Assembly: GCF_036971445.1 (NCBI RefSeq)
Contig: NC_091482.1
Span: forward strand, 62,806,001-62,844,928
DNA from: Narcine bancroftii
Lineage: Eukaryota
Length of the DNA stretch: 38,928 nucleotides
Direction: 5' to 3'
Part shown: positions 26,185-36,928 of the stretch, in pieces
How the letters are laid out: each line of letters starts with the position of its first letter
How positions within the stretch are numbered: the first letter of the stretch is position 1
Made by a program: the position numbers and the translations under genes
Notes under the pieces: model-generated
Seen by the model: only the letters and a program-made list of their open reading frames with translations
Database searches by the model: none
What the model was told of the DNA's origin: nothing

Positions 26185-27274
26185 AAGGAGCCATGGAAGA
26201 GATGGCCAATCACTGATGAGAGAATGACTCACGTGGCCAAACATCAGCTGATACATTCTAAATCCCAAAGAAAAACCAGGAGACTGCAGATGCCAGAATC
26301 TGGAGCAAAATAACAGTCTAATGGAGGAACTTAGCAGGTCGAGCAGCATCTATGGGAGAGAAAAAAAAAAATCGACGTTTTGGGTTGGAGCTCTTTATTC
26401 AGTCTTGATGAAGGGTTCTGATCCAGAATGTCAACCATTGTTTTTCTCCCTCTGATGCCATGCGACTCACTGAGTTTCTCCAGGAGAGTACTCCAAAAAA
26501 TCTGCAGATGTTGACATTTTGAAATAAAACAGAAAATATTGGAAATACAAAACAGGTCAGGCAACATCTGGGGAGAGAGAAACAGAGTTCATATTTCACG
26601 CCTGAGAGCTACATCTAAGCTGCTATTAGTTGAATTGAAGAAGAGCCTCTGACACTAGACAACAATTCTTTTTTGTAAGTTTTGCTTCCTGAAAAAAAAT
26701 TGGGGATTGTGATAGACAACTACAAGCTGTACACAGAGATAATTTCAGATTTGCTGTATCACATAGGAAGTCAGAGAAACATTAATTTTTATTGACATTA
26801 ACATGTTTAATAGTGCTAACAGATTGCTCTCAGATTGAGTGCACATGTTGCACAACAAATGTGAGGAGTCCAGGATTTGTCTTGGTCACCAATTTTACAA
26901 CTGAAGTAGAGTTCATAGGCTTTCTTAATAAGTATTGTCATGCTGTGTCTTTGAGCCTTAAGTGTATACTCACCACAAATGTTAACAGAATGGATCCCAG
27001 CTGTTGCAACATTTGCAAGACATTACTGCTATAGTGAATCTTCCTGAAGGCAATAAATGCTCTTGTTAAGTCCCCTCACTGTGCTATTGCCTGAAGAACA
27101 TGTGCATCAACTTGCATTCAATCTATATCAATGTAATGCACAGCATCTGTAGATGTGAGCTGCTTTTATAATCTGTCTGCCTCTATCCTGTCGAAGCATG
27201 CCCAAGCCTAAGACAATATTTGCATAGCACCTGTCCTGAGAGCATGCTTGGACTGACCAAAACAGCTTGCTAAA

Positions 27275-27430
27275 TGGGCAATGTTCTAGTCGACTTTAAA
27301 AAATAGGTTATAAGATTAAAAAAATGGAAACTTGAAAGGAAAATTTTAAGATAACTTTCAGCAGTCCAAAATCCATAAAATACCTGTAGACCCAAAAGTG
27401 TTAAGGAAGCAAAATCTTTGCTGACCAGTG
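27275..27430 (-). mobile_element. Left-end fragment of the same DNA transposon
   Basis: cagcagtccaaaatccataaaatacc...gctgaccagtg|tta is the reverse complement of the 31943 left end. Confidence 0.65.
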
Positions 27431-28589
27431 TTATCAGAGAGACTGTTATTCTCCACAACTATCTGCTATGCTGGGGGTCTGCAAATTCTTCACAATTTGA
27501 AAAGTAAACTAGTTTAGAAGATCTGTAAATAAAAATGCAGCTGCTGGAAATCTGAAATTAATACCTGCTGAGCGCCTCCAGCCTTTTCTGTTTATATTGT
27601 AGCCAATTTGTTATATCAATGATATTTGTAGAAACCTGAAATAAAATTGTTTAGAGGCTCCTCGTTGTCTGTCTTTTTTGTAAATGGCAAAGGGACAGGA
27701 GGGTTGGAAGACTCTGAAGCTCCCAGGAAAAGCCATCAATCTCTTTGACAGTCTGACTGGTGTTTCTCTTCAAACATTTGTTTTAAGTAGCGACATTCTG
27801 AAGTCATCATGTTTTCTTTGCCTTTCCTGTCAGCCAAAGTGAAAAATCAATTCCTGGAACCAGTTATTTTAAAACAACATTTTGCTATCAGATTTTATTG
27901 GAAGGGACTCAGGTGAACAATCTGTGTTATTTATGTTACCGCTCAGGTTTATATGATTTTGGAAACAGTAAGTCCCACGTCCTGTAACATGTGATAACAA
28001 TTCTAATGTAACTTCAAAACCAAGGAGATGCTAAAAACCAGCTGAGGGGAGGGAGAGAGAGAGAGAACACAGAATGTAGGTTTTCACTAATGCATCAGAT
28101 TGGTCTAAACTAAAAGGCATTGTCTTATTCAATTTTGTTCTTTTTAAAATTAATTTAAACATTGCAGCATGTCATTTATGGATATCTCTGCAGCTGTTCC
28201 AAGGTTCGTGGATTCTGAGGGTGTACAATAGGCATTGCATTAAAAACCTTCCAATTTCAAAGATGCCTGTGCGGTTGCAATTAAATTTCTTTTTCTCCAT
28301 TTTTTTATGCTTTCCTTCATTCTCTCCACCATTCTCCCCTGATTTTTTTTTTATTGTCACCATCCAGAACATTTTAGGTTCAGATGTGCCTTACTCTTGT
28401 CTCTTGAGTCCAGGAGTTGTGAGCTCATTGCCCCCACCTCAGTAGCTTGGTAACTCCAATATATTTTCCACCTTTACTTATTTTTCCGTTTTCTTTCCAG
28501 TCTCTCATGCAAAGGAAAGGAAAACAAAATAATTCCTGCAGTGCTATTCAGGAACACACGATGAACTGAAGCATTTTACAGTCAATGAT

Positions 28590-29060
28590 GCATTCTTAGA
28601 TTCTTTCAGATTTACATACCTGACATCATGTACAACCCTGAAATTTTTTTTACTGCAGGGAAGGCAGAATTACCACTTATTGGCAGTTCATAACATATAC
28701 ATGTAACAAATAAAGAATTGTAAACAGATAATGAATGTACACAAACTGTGCAATACAGAGATAATTTTTTAAAAAATCAATAAAGTGCAAAAGTGAAAGT
28801 CCTTAAATGAGTCCGTGATTGAGTTCGTTGTTGAGGAGTCTGATGGTGGAGGGGTAGCAGCTGTTCCTGAACCTGGTGGCTCCTATATCTCTTTCTTGAT
28901 GGCAGCAGCGCATGCTGGGTGGTGTGGATCCTTGATGATTGCTGCTGCTCTCTATATTTTCAATAGTGGGGAGGGTTTTGCCTGTGATGCCCTGGGCTGT
29001 GTCCACTACCTTTTGGAGGGCTTTATAGTTAGGGGTATTGGTGTCCCTATACCATTCCAT
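28590..29060 (-). mobile_element. Rex1-type LINE 3' fragment
   Basis: WY..TNTPNYKALQKVVDTAQGITG..LPTIE..RFRNSCYPSTIRLLN. The 3' UTR is shared with about 18175-18460. Confidence 0.75.
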
Positions 29061-30002
29061 AGATTCTGATGAATCTATGTTACCGCTCAGCACATGGAAT
29101 GCGTGCCCACTGAAGATGTGGAGGCTACCTCAGTAAATATATTTAACACAAGGTTAGGTAGATTTTTACAGAGTAGGGTCATTGAAAGATTATGGGGAAA
29201 AGGCAGGTAGGTGAAGATGAGGCTGTCAGGCATGATCTCATTGAATGGCAGTACAGGCTTGATGGGCTGGATGGCCTACCCCACTTCTATTTCTTATGTT
29301 CTTATGCTACTGTTGGACAAAATGATTTTCATGTTGCAAGCACCCAAGATCCAAGTCATTTGACAATAATGTTCTCAGTGGTTGAGGAATCAGGCCGTGG
29401 GTGACCTGCGGTCAGAGGACCTGCATGGGCTGCAAGAGACTGGTTCAGGGGGACCAGGTAATGGAGCCAGGATTTGAGAGGGAGCTGAGGGCTCCTGAAG
29501 GTTTCAGGGCCTGAAGGCTTCCTGATCGTGTCAGAAGTTTGGATCTGCAGTTTGAGTTGCCGATGATTCGAACAGGATTCTTGTGCCAGCTGCAAAGGAT
29601 GCAGGAGTGTGGACCTGAATCCACGGGCGTTCAGTGACTCTGAAGGGCCTCTCTTTTGCTTCTCTCTCTCTTGTATTAAGGAATGGCGGACAACATTAAT
29701 GACAATGGCAAGGAAAAGCCAATTTTGTGTAATATTACGTTCTGTCCTATTAATATGACAATATAGGAATCTTGAAATGTTGGTTAGGGTAATGAAGGGA
29801 ATGGCTTGTTCTTCGGGATAGCCCAGAGCACAGACGAGGCCTTTACCCAACAGGATAGATTGGCTCATGGTTTAAATAGACATATAGCACCCTATTTCCA
29901 TTGGTATGCTGATGTACTGGAGTCTCTGCTTTAACCTTGTGCTCATCCTGCCGAGGTGGGAACGGAATCAACAACCCTTTAACTTAGAGAAAAAAATGAC
30001 AA

Positions 30003-30303
30003 TGCGGCGGTACGCCATTAGGCAGGCGAACCAGCCCCGCTTGTCACGCACGCGGCGGGGCAGCTGGCCAAAATGGCGCCGTCAGGGGTTTCCTCCCAAC
30101 CTCAGCACCGGGCTCAGAAGCCCGTGCTTGGGGACCCAAGTGATGCCCCGGTGACGTTGGGGCCCCCCCAGCGCAGTTCTCAGCCAGGTCTGGGCTTTGG
30201 GTATAAGACCAGCCAGGCAGCCTGCAATAAATCAGTTTTTGCTCACTGAACTCAACCTGTCTGGTTGTGCGATCCTTCAGTTAGCAGTGAAGCTGCCGCT
30301 ACA
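30003..30303 (+). mobile_element. Solo LTR
   Basis: TG...CA termini with short inverted ends (TGCGGCGG / CCGCTACA), TATAA at 30202, AATAAA at 30226, CpG-rich, flanked by ATGACA repeats. Confidence 0.75.
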
Positions 30304-31942
30304 ATGACATTTCATTCAATGCAAAAGTTACAAATTGAAAAGTCAGGCAGTCCATTTGCCAATGCGAAATTATAGGTTGTCCTCTTGTACCGTTACAGAG
30401 TGGTGAACAAATAATTGTCAAGCTTTGTGGGGAATGGAGGTGGGAGAAGATTGAAAGAAATATCTGTTCATAAAATGTGCCTATTAAATTTGTATTTATG
30501 TTACATATATTTGTCTGAATGTACAATTATTTGATTAATTGAATGTGGATGTCTCCAGACATCATCTTCAATCAAAGAGTGGGGTCAGAATCAGAATTTA
30601 TTGTCTTAATCCATCTGTCACAAAATTCATTGCTTGCAGTAGCACGACAGGAGCAAAAATTCCGATAAATTACACTTTAAAAAATACCCAGTACATTACT
30701 GCAAAAAGAAGAAAAAAAAAGGTGAGGGATTATCGGAAAAAAAATAGGAAACAGTGGCTGAGACAAATATTTTCACATCATGAACCAATTTAATAAGGTG
30801 AGTTAGAGAAGTAAAAGAATAATCTCAGGATTGGAAAGCTTTACACTGGAATTGAAAACTGAAGATGCTGAAAACAAGGTCAGATATGATGATGTGTTGG
30901 TGGCGGGGGGGGGGGGGGGTGTGGGGGGCGGGGAGAAGAGAGAGAGAGAGAGAATGTTTCGGGCCTGACACCCCTGTCAGAACAGATAGGCTAGCTTGTT
31001 TCCGGCAGCAGGGAGAATATGTAGGAGGTATCTGTTCTTTCGCTGAGAGATTGAAAACCCAGTGGCAGATTTAAAGTAATTGGCATAAGGATTATATGGG
31101 TGGGAGGTAGGGGTAGAAATTTTCCCCAGTAGGTGAGTCAGAACACCATTGCCTAAAATGTTGATAGTGGCAGAAATCTCATCACTTTCAATGTGGCTGG
31201 ATATGTATTTGAAGAACTTTTGGAAGGGATGTTCAACTGAAACTTTTTTTTTGAAAACAGCTGTTTTTCAAAAGAAAAGCAGGGAAGATATTCTGGTCAA
31301 TATTTGGCTCAGGGCCCAACTCCAATCCCACTCTCCCACATTCCCTGGAAGAGATCGCCGCTGCCTACGGAAGCTTGCTGCGCACACATCAGGTGACTGG
31401 GCCTCTAAGTGGTGAAAGTGACCATACTTCAGAAGTAGTGTGCAAGTTGTGAAGTGTTCTGCGTTGACCTGAGTTCAGGGGAAGATGCAATAGAATTGTC
31501 AGTCTTTTTTTTATATAAACGTTTCCCTCATGTGTTCCAAGGCAGAAAAAAAACATGATACTGTAATGGTTGGAATTCAAAAGGCACAGACCTCTCCAGT
31601 TCACATCCAGACCTGGCTGTGACAAGATGCAATGATGTGGGAGTTGTTGAATAATTACATCAATGAAAATAACCATGTCATTTAGTCAATGAACAAGGAA
31701 GGCTGAAAAAAAACTCAGTGGATCTGGCAGCATCCATGGAGAGAGGAGGTTACTCAATGTTTCAAGTCAGGGTCCCAAACCCCTTCAGTGAACAACCTCG
31801 GAACAACTAGCTAGGCCCTCATCAGGTGCTGGATTTGTGATTCAATCCATAGATAATTCCAGAATTTTACCCGATGCTGGGCTTTAGTCAGAAGAACAAG
31901 ATCTTGGCTTCAGAGATTAAGGGAGGCGATGCTGGCAAATTA

Positions 31943-32357
31943 CACTGGTCAATGAAGATTTTGCTTCCTTGACATTTATGGGTATATTTTATGGATTTTG
32001 GACTGCTGATCACAAAAATCACATTGATTTTTTTCCTTTTTTTTTGTAAATAACCTATTTTTGTTATTTCCTGCCATATTTTAAGTCAACTTCAAGCTTA
32101 TAAAACTATGAAATACAACAGGTCATTGAAAATTCATTTTCTGCATTCGCACTTGGACTTTTTCCCTGCTGATCTTAGTGACGAACGTGGTGAAAGGTTT
32201 CACCATGATATTGTGACTGTGGAAAAGTGGTATCAGGGCGACTGGAATCTCTCAATGGTGGCCAACTATTGTTGGACACTGACACAAGAGGCATCAGATG
32301 CTGAGTACAAACAAAAATCAGCGGCAAAACATTTTTAGGTCCGTTCAACCAGTGCAG
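31943..32357 (+). mobile_element. Second copy of the same DNA transposon, right end missing
   Basis: TTA|CACTGGTCAA start. ORF 32108-32338 (KIHFLHSHLDFFP..SDERGERFHHDI..EKWYQG.W..MVANYCW) is a transposase C-terminus homologous to about 11845-12065. Confidence 0.78.
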
Positions 32358-33299
32358 TGTCTAAACACCTTTTATTTCCACATGCAGTCATATCATGTGA
32401 GCATCCAAACAAAATACATAGATCTGTTACGTGCATCAATCTATCTTATTTGAATTCTGTTCATGAAGCATCATAGATTTAGGCACCCAATTAACCTCAT
32501 TCTAACCAATATGCAGTCACCTATACTTCTTGATATGCCCATTGTGACACTTACAAGCTTAAAGAGGAGAGGATCAGAGTAAATCTTATAGAATTTACCA
32601 TTGTGTCATGACTATAGAAGCACTTATATACAATAACAATCTCATTTGTCTACATGACTCCCATTACAGGTAGAGTGCACCTGTCGAACTCCTCCCCCCC
32701 ACTGAGATTACCAGAGGTTAAATCCTTAATCATTCGGTAACCAATTGATGTTGAAAACATCAGTCCTTAGATGGAGTTTAGCTGTTATGCTTTCCATCAA
32801 ATATACACTTTCTTTCCATTGTTGGACAGTTGGTGGTTTTACATTTCTCCATAATGAAACAAGCTGAATTCAATAAATGTTAATTTACTGTTTCTCCACC
32901 TTCCTCCGTGATACAGCAAATCTGAAATTATCTTTATGCTCATCTTGAAGTTGTCTATCATAATCCCCCATATTTTTCTGGAAGCAAACTTTAAAAAACA
33001 ATATTGGTCAGTATTATTGGACATTGGAGACACACAAAATTGCAGATGCTCGAATGCTGAGAAGCTGGAGCGACTCAGCGGGCTGGGCGGCATCTGTGGG
33101 TCAGTGGATGATTCGGTTCGCGACCCTTCATCAAGATAAATAATTTGACACACCGTTACGGGACCACGCGGGCACAAAACACACGCATCAATGAGAAAAT
33201 TTGAACTGAGGCGTTGATTGGTACCTAACATGAAGTTAATAGAAATCCTCAAAATAGTTTTATTGGACTATTATGGAACAATGTGCTCAGGTCCAAAAA

Positions 33300-34229
33300 T
33301 GAAAGCTTTTTTCCCGTGGAAGATGAGCACTCGGCGAGGAGCTCTGAATGGTCAGCACGACCAAGGTGTCTCTTGGCAGTGCGGCCGGTTCCTGTTTAAT
33401 CTCCAGCCGTGGATTGTGGCTCGATACGCCGAAGCACTGCACCGAGAGACCTGGTCCCGGTTTTACCGCAGAGCACACAAAAAACGAAAGTTCTCGCCAG
33501 TGAGTTACGAACAATGACCCTCGGCCACAGGCGACACCACAGATTGGAATGGCCATTTCCCAGAGTGATGGACAAAATTAATTTCTCGCCTTCGGGGTGG
33601 GGGTGGCGGGGGGCGAGGAAATGCCTATGGGTACCCCGGGTGACTGCCCTCTTTGAGAAGCTGCCCCATCTCCTCTGGGTGATGGAACGGGTTAGAATCC
33701 CAGAACCTTTCTTCATTAACTGATACCCATTGATCGTCCAGCTCCTCGTTGCTCCAACTCGGAAACTCTAACGTTTATTACATCGCCAAACCAAACAAAT
33801 GCAAATAAAGGTCCAGAGCTTTATTCTGATCTTGCTCGGACAACCACCTCCACCCCCCGAAACCTTCAGTTTCAGCACCCCGGACAGTGGCAGGGCGCAC
33901 GCCCGAGTGACGCGTCCTTGGACCCGTGGCCGTGCAGAATCCTCCAAGGCACAGCCAATGGGAGCGCGGGATGGGCGGACAGTCCAGGTTGACTTGATTC
34001 AAACCGGAGATCCGCCTTGACTCCTAAAGACCAGAGAAGCAACCGAGGTCCCCGAGTTTCCGCGAGTCTGTGGCCAAATTTGGCCCTCAGCCGCACACCG
34101 GACCAGCAGCTGCTATCGTTAAAAAAAAAGCACGTTTGTTTGATGTCTCTTGCTTTGGTGCTGAGGCTGGGATGTGAATTGGTCTCATTAGTAAGTCAAG
34201 AGCCACTCGAATGCAGCAGGCTGGAAACC
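33300..34229 (+). promoter_or_regulatory. CpG-rich putative promoter/5' region of the RXFP3-like gene
   Basis: CpG-rich sequence upstream of the ATG, with a CRE-like TGACG near 33908 and CCAAT at 33955-33959. Function is inferred only. Confidence 0.4.
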
Positions 34230-35303
34230 ATGGATCATTTGATGTTGACCGTGTGGGTGCACAACTTCTCCTCGAGGTCGACAGAGCAGAACTGCAGCCT
34301 GGATAAGATGGAGCTGCAGGGAGACGGCTCCCCCGCTCTGAGGATCAGCATCTCCATGACCTCATCCATGGTGTGCGCCGTCGGTGTGGTGGAAAACCTC
34401 CTGGTCTTCTGATGAAGGCGAAGCCAGGGCGCAACAAATCCTCCACCATCGATGTCTTTATTCTCAATCTGGCGGCGACCGACTTCCAGTTCTTCATGAC
34501 CCTGCCGTTTTTGGCGGTGGACACAGCTCTGGACTTCAGCTGGCCTTGTGCAAGATCAGTCATGAAGATGTACGCCGGCGTTTTCTTCCTGACGGCTATG
34601 GGCATTGTCCGGTACTGGTCGGTGGCGTCAGCCCAAAAGACCAGGAGTCGCCGGTGGTCCTGCTCGGGGAAATGGATCAGTATCCTTCTCTGGGCGGTCG
34701 CTGGTCTGGCCACGTTGTCCACCGCTGTCTTCTCCGCCGCCGGCGAACACCTCTGACTGCTGGATTTCCCGTACTGGCTGGCACTCTACCACATGCAGAA
34801 GATTGTGCTCGCCTTTGTTCTGCCCATGGTCACGCTGACGGTCTGTTACCTGTTCCCCCTCAGATTTTTGAGGCAGCAAACACCCCCAGGAGAAAGTCCC
34901 GAGCGACCAGGTCCATCATTATCATCGCTTTCTTCTTCTGCTGGTTACCCAACCACCTGATTACATTCTGGGGCGTCTTGGTCAAACTCAACGTCATTCC
35001 TTGGGACAGGGCGTACTACTCCATGCAGACCTATGCGTTCCCAATCACCGTGGGCTTGGCGCACACAAACAGCTGCCGGAACCCGGGACTCGACTGCTTC
35101 ACGAGGCCCGAGTTCAGGAAATCCGTAAAAGAGTCTTCTGGAAGATCTCCAATCCGGCTTGGGCCAGCCCCGTCAACCGGGAGCCCCTACACCTCCAAAT
35201 CGGGATCTCTCTGAACGTTGTGGAGAGCGCGAATGACAGCCGGGACTCGGATTCCAACAGAAAGTGCTCCCTGCAACTGCACCACACAACCCAATCCCAA
35301 TGA
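34230..35303 (+). pseudogene. Relaxin-3 receptor-like GPCR (RXFP3 family, rxfp3-3 type) pseudogene, intronless
   Basis: Three ORF frames stitch into a class A GPCR: DGSPALRISIS..VCAVGVVENLLVF / NLAATDFQFFMTLPFLAVDTALDFSWP / MYAGVFFLTAM..RYWSVASA / WLALYHMQK / CWLPNHLITFWGVLVKLNVIPWDRAYY..YAFPITVGLAHTNSC. Lesions: frameshift with TGA at 34410-34412, in-frame TGA at 34754-34756, frameshifts near 34880 and 35128, and several short deletions. Confidence 0.9.
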
Positions 35304-36267
35304 ACCTCGGTTTGAGCCTTTATTACAATAACCGGGCAACCCTCATGCAGAAAGGGGATCGCTGCTGGGAATGCCTTCTTCATCAACATTGGAGATTATG
35401 GGCAAAGCCGCGGCTGCTTTGGCCAATTCTCCCTTCCTTTGGCTTTAGAGACGACAAACTCGACGCTCAATCGCATTCAGTTTCCTTACAATTTTTTAGA
35501 AGTTGTGGTTTAGTTTCTGAAATGTATTGGGGGGGGGGGGGGGGAAATGAACGTGATCATCCAACCTGTCCGTCTCAGGGCTCGAGAGAAGCAGCCTCAT
35601 CTGCGTGGACTCGGGGTGGGAGGGAGATCAGATCACGACTCGGGCAGCCGTGGGTCAGATGTTTCTTTGCCCGTGCAGTTCGTAGTAAGTGACCTTACGG
35701 AGGGGGCTTTGCCTTCGGGCGCTACGTGCAAGACGAATCCCCCCCCCCCACCTTGAGAACCCGCACTAGAAAAAAAAGACTAAGGTCCTCTTGATTTGTT
35801 AATTAAAAAAGTTATTCAGTTATGTGGTGGCATATTTATTTAAAGTTTTGAAGTGTTACCATTATCCGTTTCCTGAAATTTCATTCAATAATTGTTTTCA
35901 ATGGGACCGCACCTATTTAACGTGGTTAACTTTTGTTTTTTTAATAATCATATGTCAAAGGATTGATAGATGACCTGTCATAAATCCGCCAAAATCTATA
36001 AATATCGAGCGAACACTTTTGACCATGTTATTAACCTTTAAAAGGATGAAGTGGAACGAAGACTTTCTTCTTAGTATGATGGACTTTTCCAGCATTTCAT
36101 GAAATGATTTTTTTTTGGACGGGGGAAGGGGGATGAACGAGCAAGTGTCAGGACTTGCACAGTTTTGTCCATGGTGTGAATGCTAGATTGTTCAACTTCT
36201 ATAATTGAATATTTAAAGCTTGGAGCGACGGTTATTTAATCCAATCTATCATATAAACACGTTAAAG

Positions 36268-36928
36268 AGGGAAGTCTGCAGACGCCGTGGCTGAAGTGAT
36301 CACGTTCATTTTCGCCACCCCCCCCCAAAATACATTTCTGAAACTAATCCACAACTTCCAAAACATTGTAAGGAAACTGAACGCGATTGAGCTTCGAGTT
36401 TGTCGTCTCTGAAGCCAAAGGAAGGGAGAATTGGCCAAAGCAGCCGCGGCTTTGCGCATAATCTCCAATGTTGAAGTGCTGGGGAAACTCAGCAGATCAC
36501 GCAGCATCGAAACGATTTGGGCCTGAGACCCTTCGTCTGGCCTGAATAAAAAGGGGACGGAGGAGAACCGGTGGCCTCCTCGACATCGGAGACACTTGGT
36601 ATAGACCGGGAGACCGTTTCGCTCCGTTGGCTGCAATAACGGGGACCTCCCAGTGGCAACTCATTTCAATTCCACACCCCATCTCTTCTCTCCAACCCCC
36701 CACCCCCCCGCATGTCTGCCCCTGTCCTCGTACACTGCCAAACGGAGACCACCCGCAAATTGGAGGAACACCTAATATTCTCTTCAACCAGACCCCTCCA
36801 GTTTTCTCTTTCCCCCGCCCTCTGCCTCCATTCCCCCAGCTCCTCATCTCTTCTCTCTTCTCCATGCAGAGAGCTCTTCTCTTCCTCGATCACCAGCTTT
36901 CCCCCCCCCTCTAACCCTCCCACCTCTT
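36268..36928 (+). mobile_element. Penelope-like element fragment with an inverted 5' terminal repeat
   Basis: The reverse-oriented tail (gtctgcagac...aactcagcag) precedes a degraded ggcctcctcgacatcggagac GIY-YIG remnant homologous to about 19140-19450. Confidence 0.7.
36297..36474 (-). repeat. Inverted duplicate of 35383-35559
   Basis: The reverse complement matches tcaacattggagattatg...aaatgaacgtgatca with scattered substitutions. Confidence 0.93.

Noticed and set aside
32108-32338. Small host gene
   Set aside because: Transposase C-terminal remnant inside a TIR element, with a degraded paralogue at about 11845-12065.
34410-34414. TGATG stop-start overlap as programmed reinitiation, or TGA 34754 as selenocysteine/readthrough
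   Set aside because: Additional frameshifts, deletions and motif-destroying substitutions make simple decay far more parsimonious.
34384-35214. 276-aa ORF as an intact GPCR
   Set aside because: Only the last part (TM6-TM7) is in the receptor frame; the rest is out-of-frame translation.
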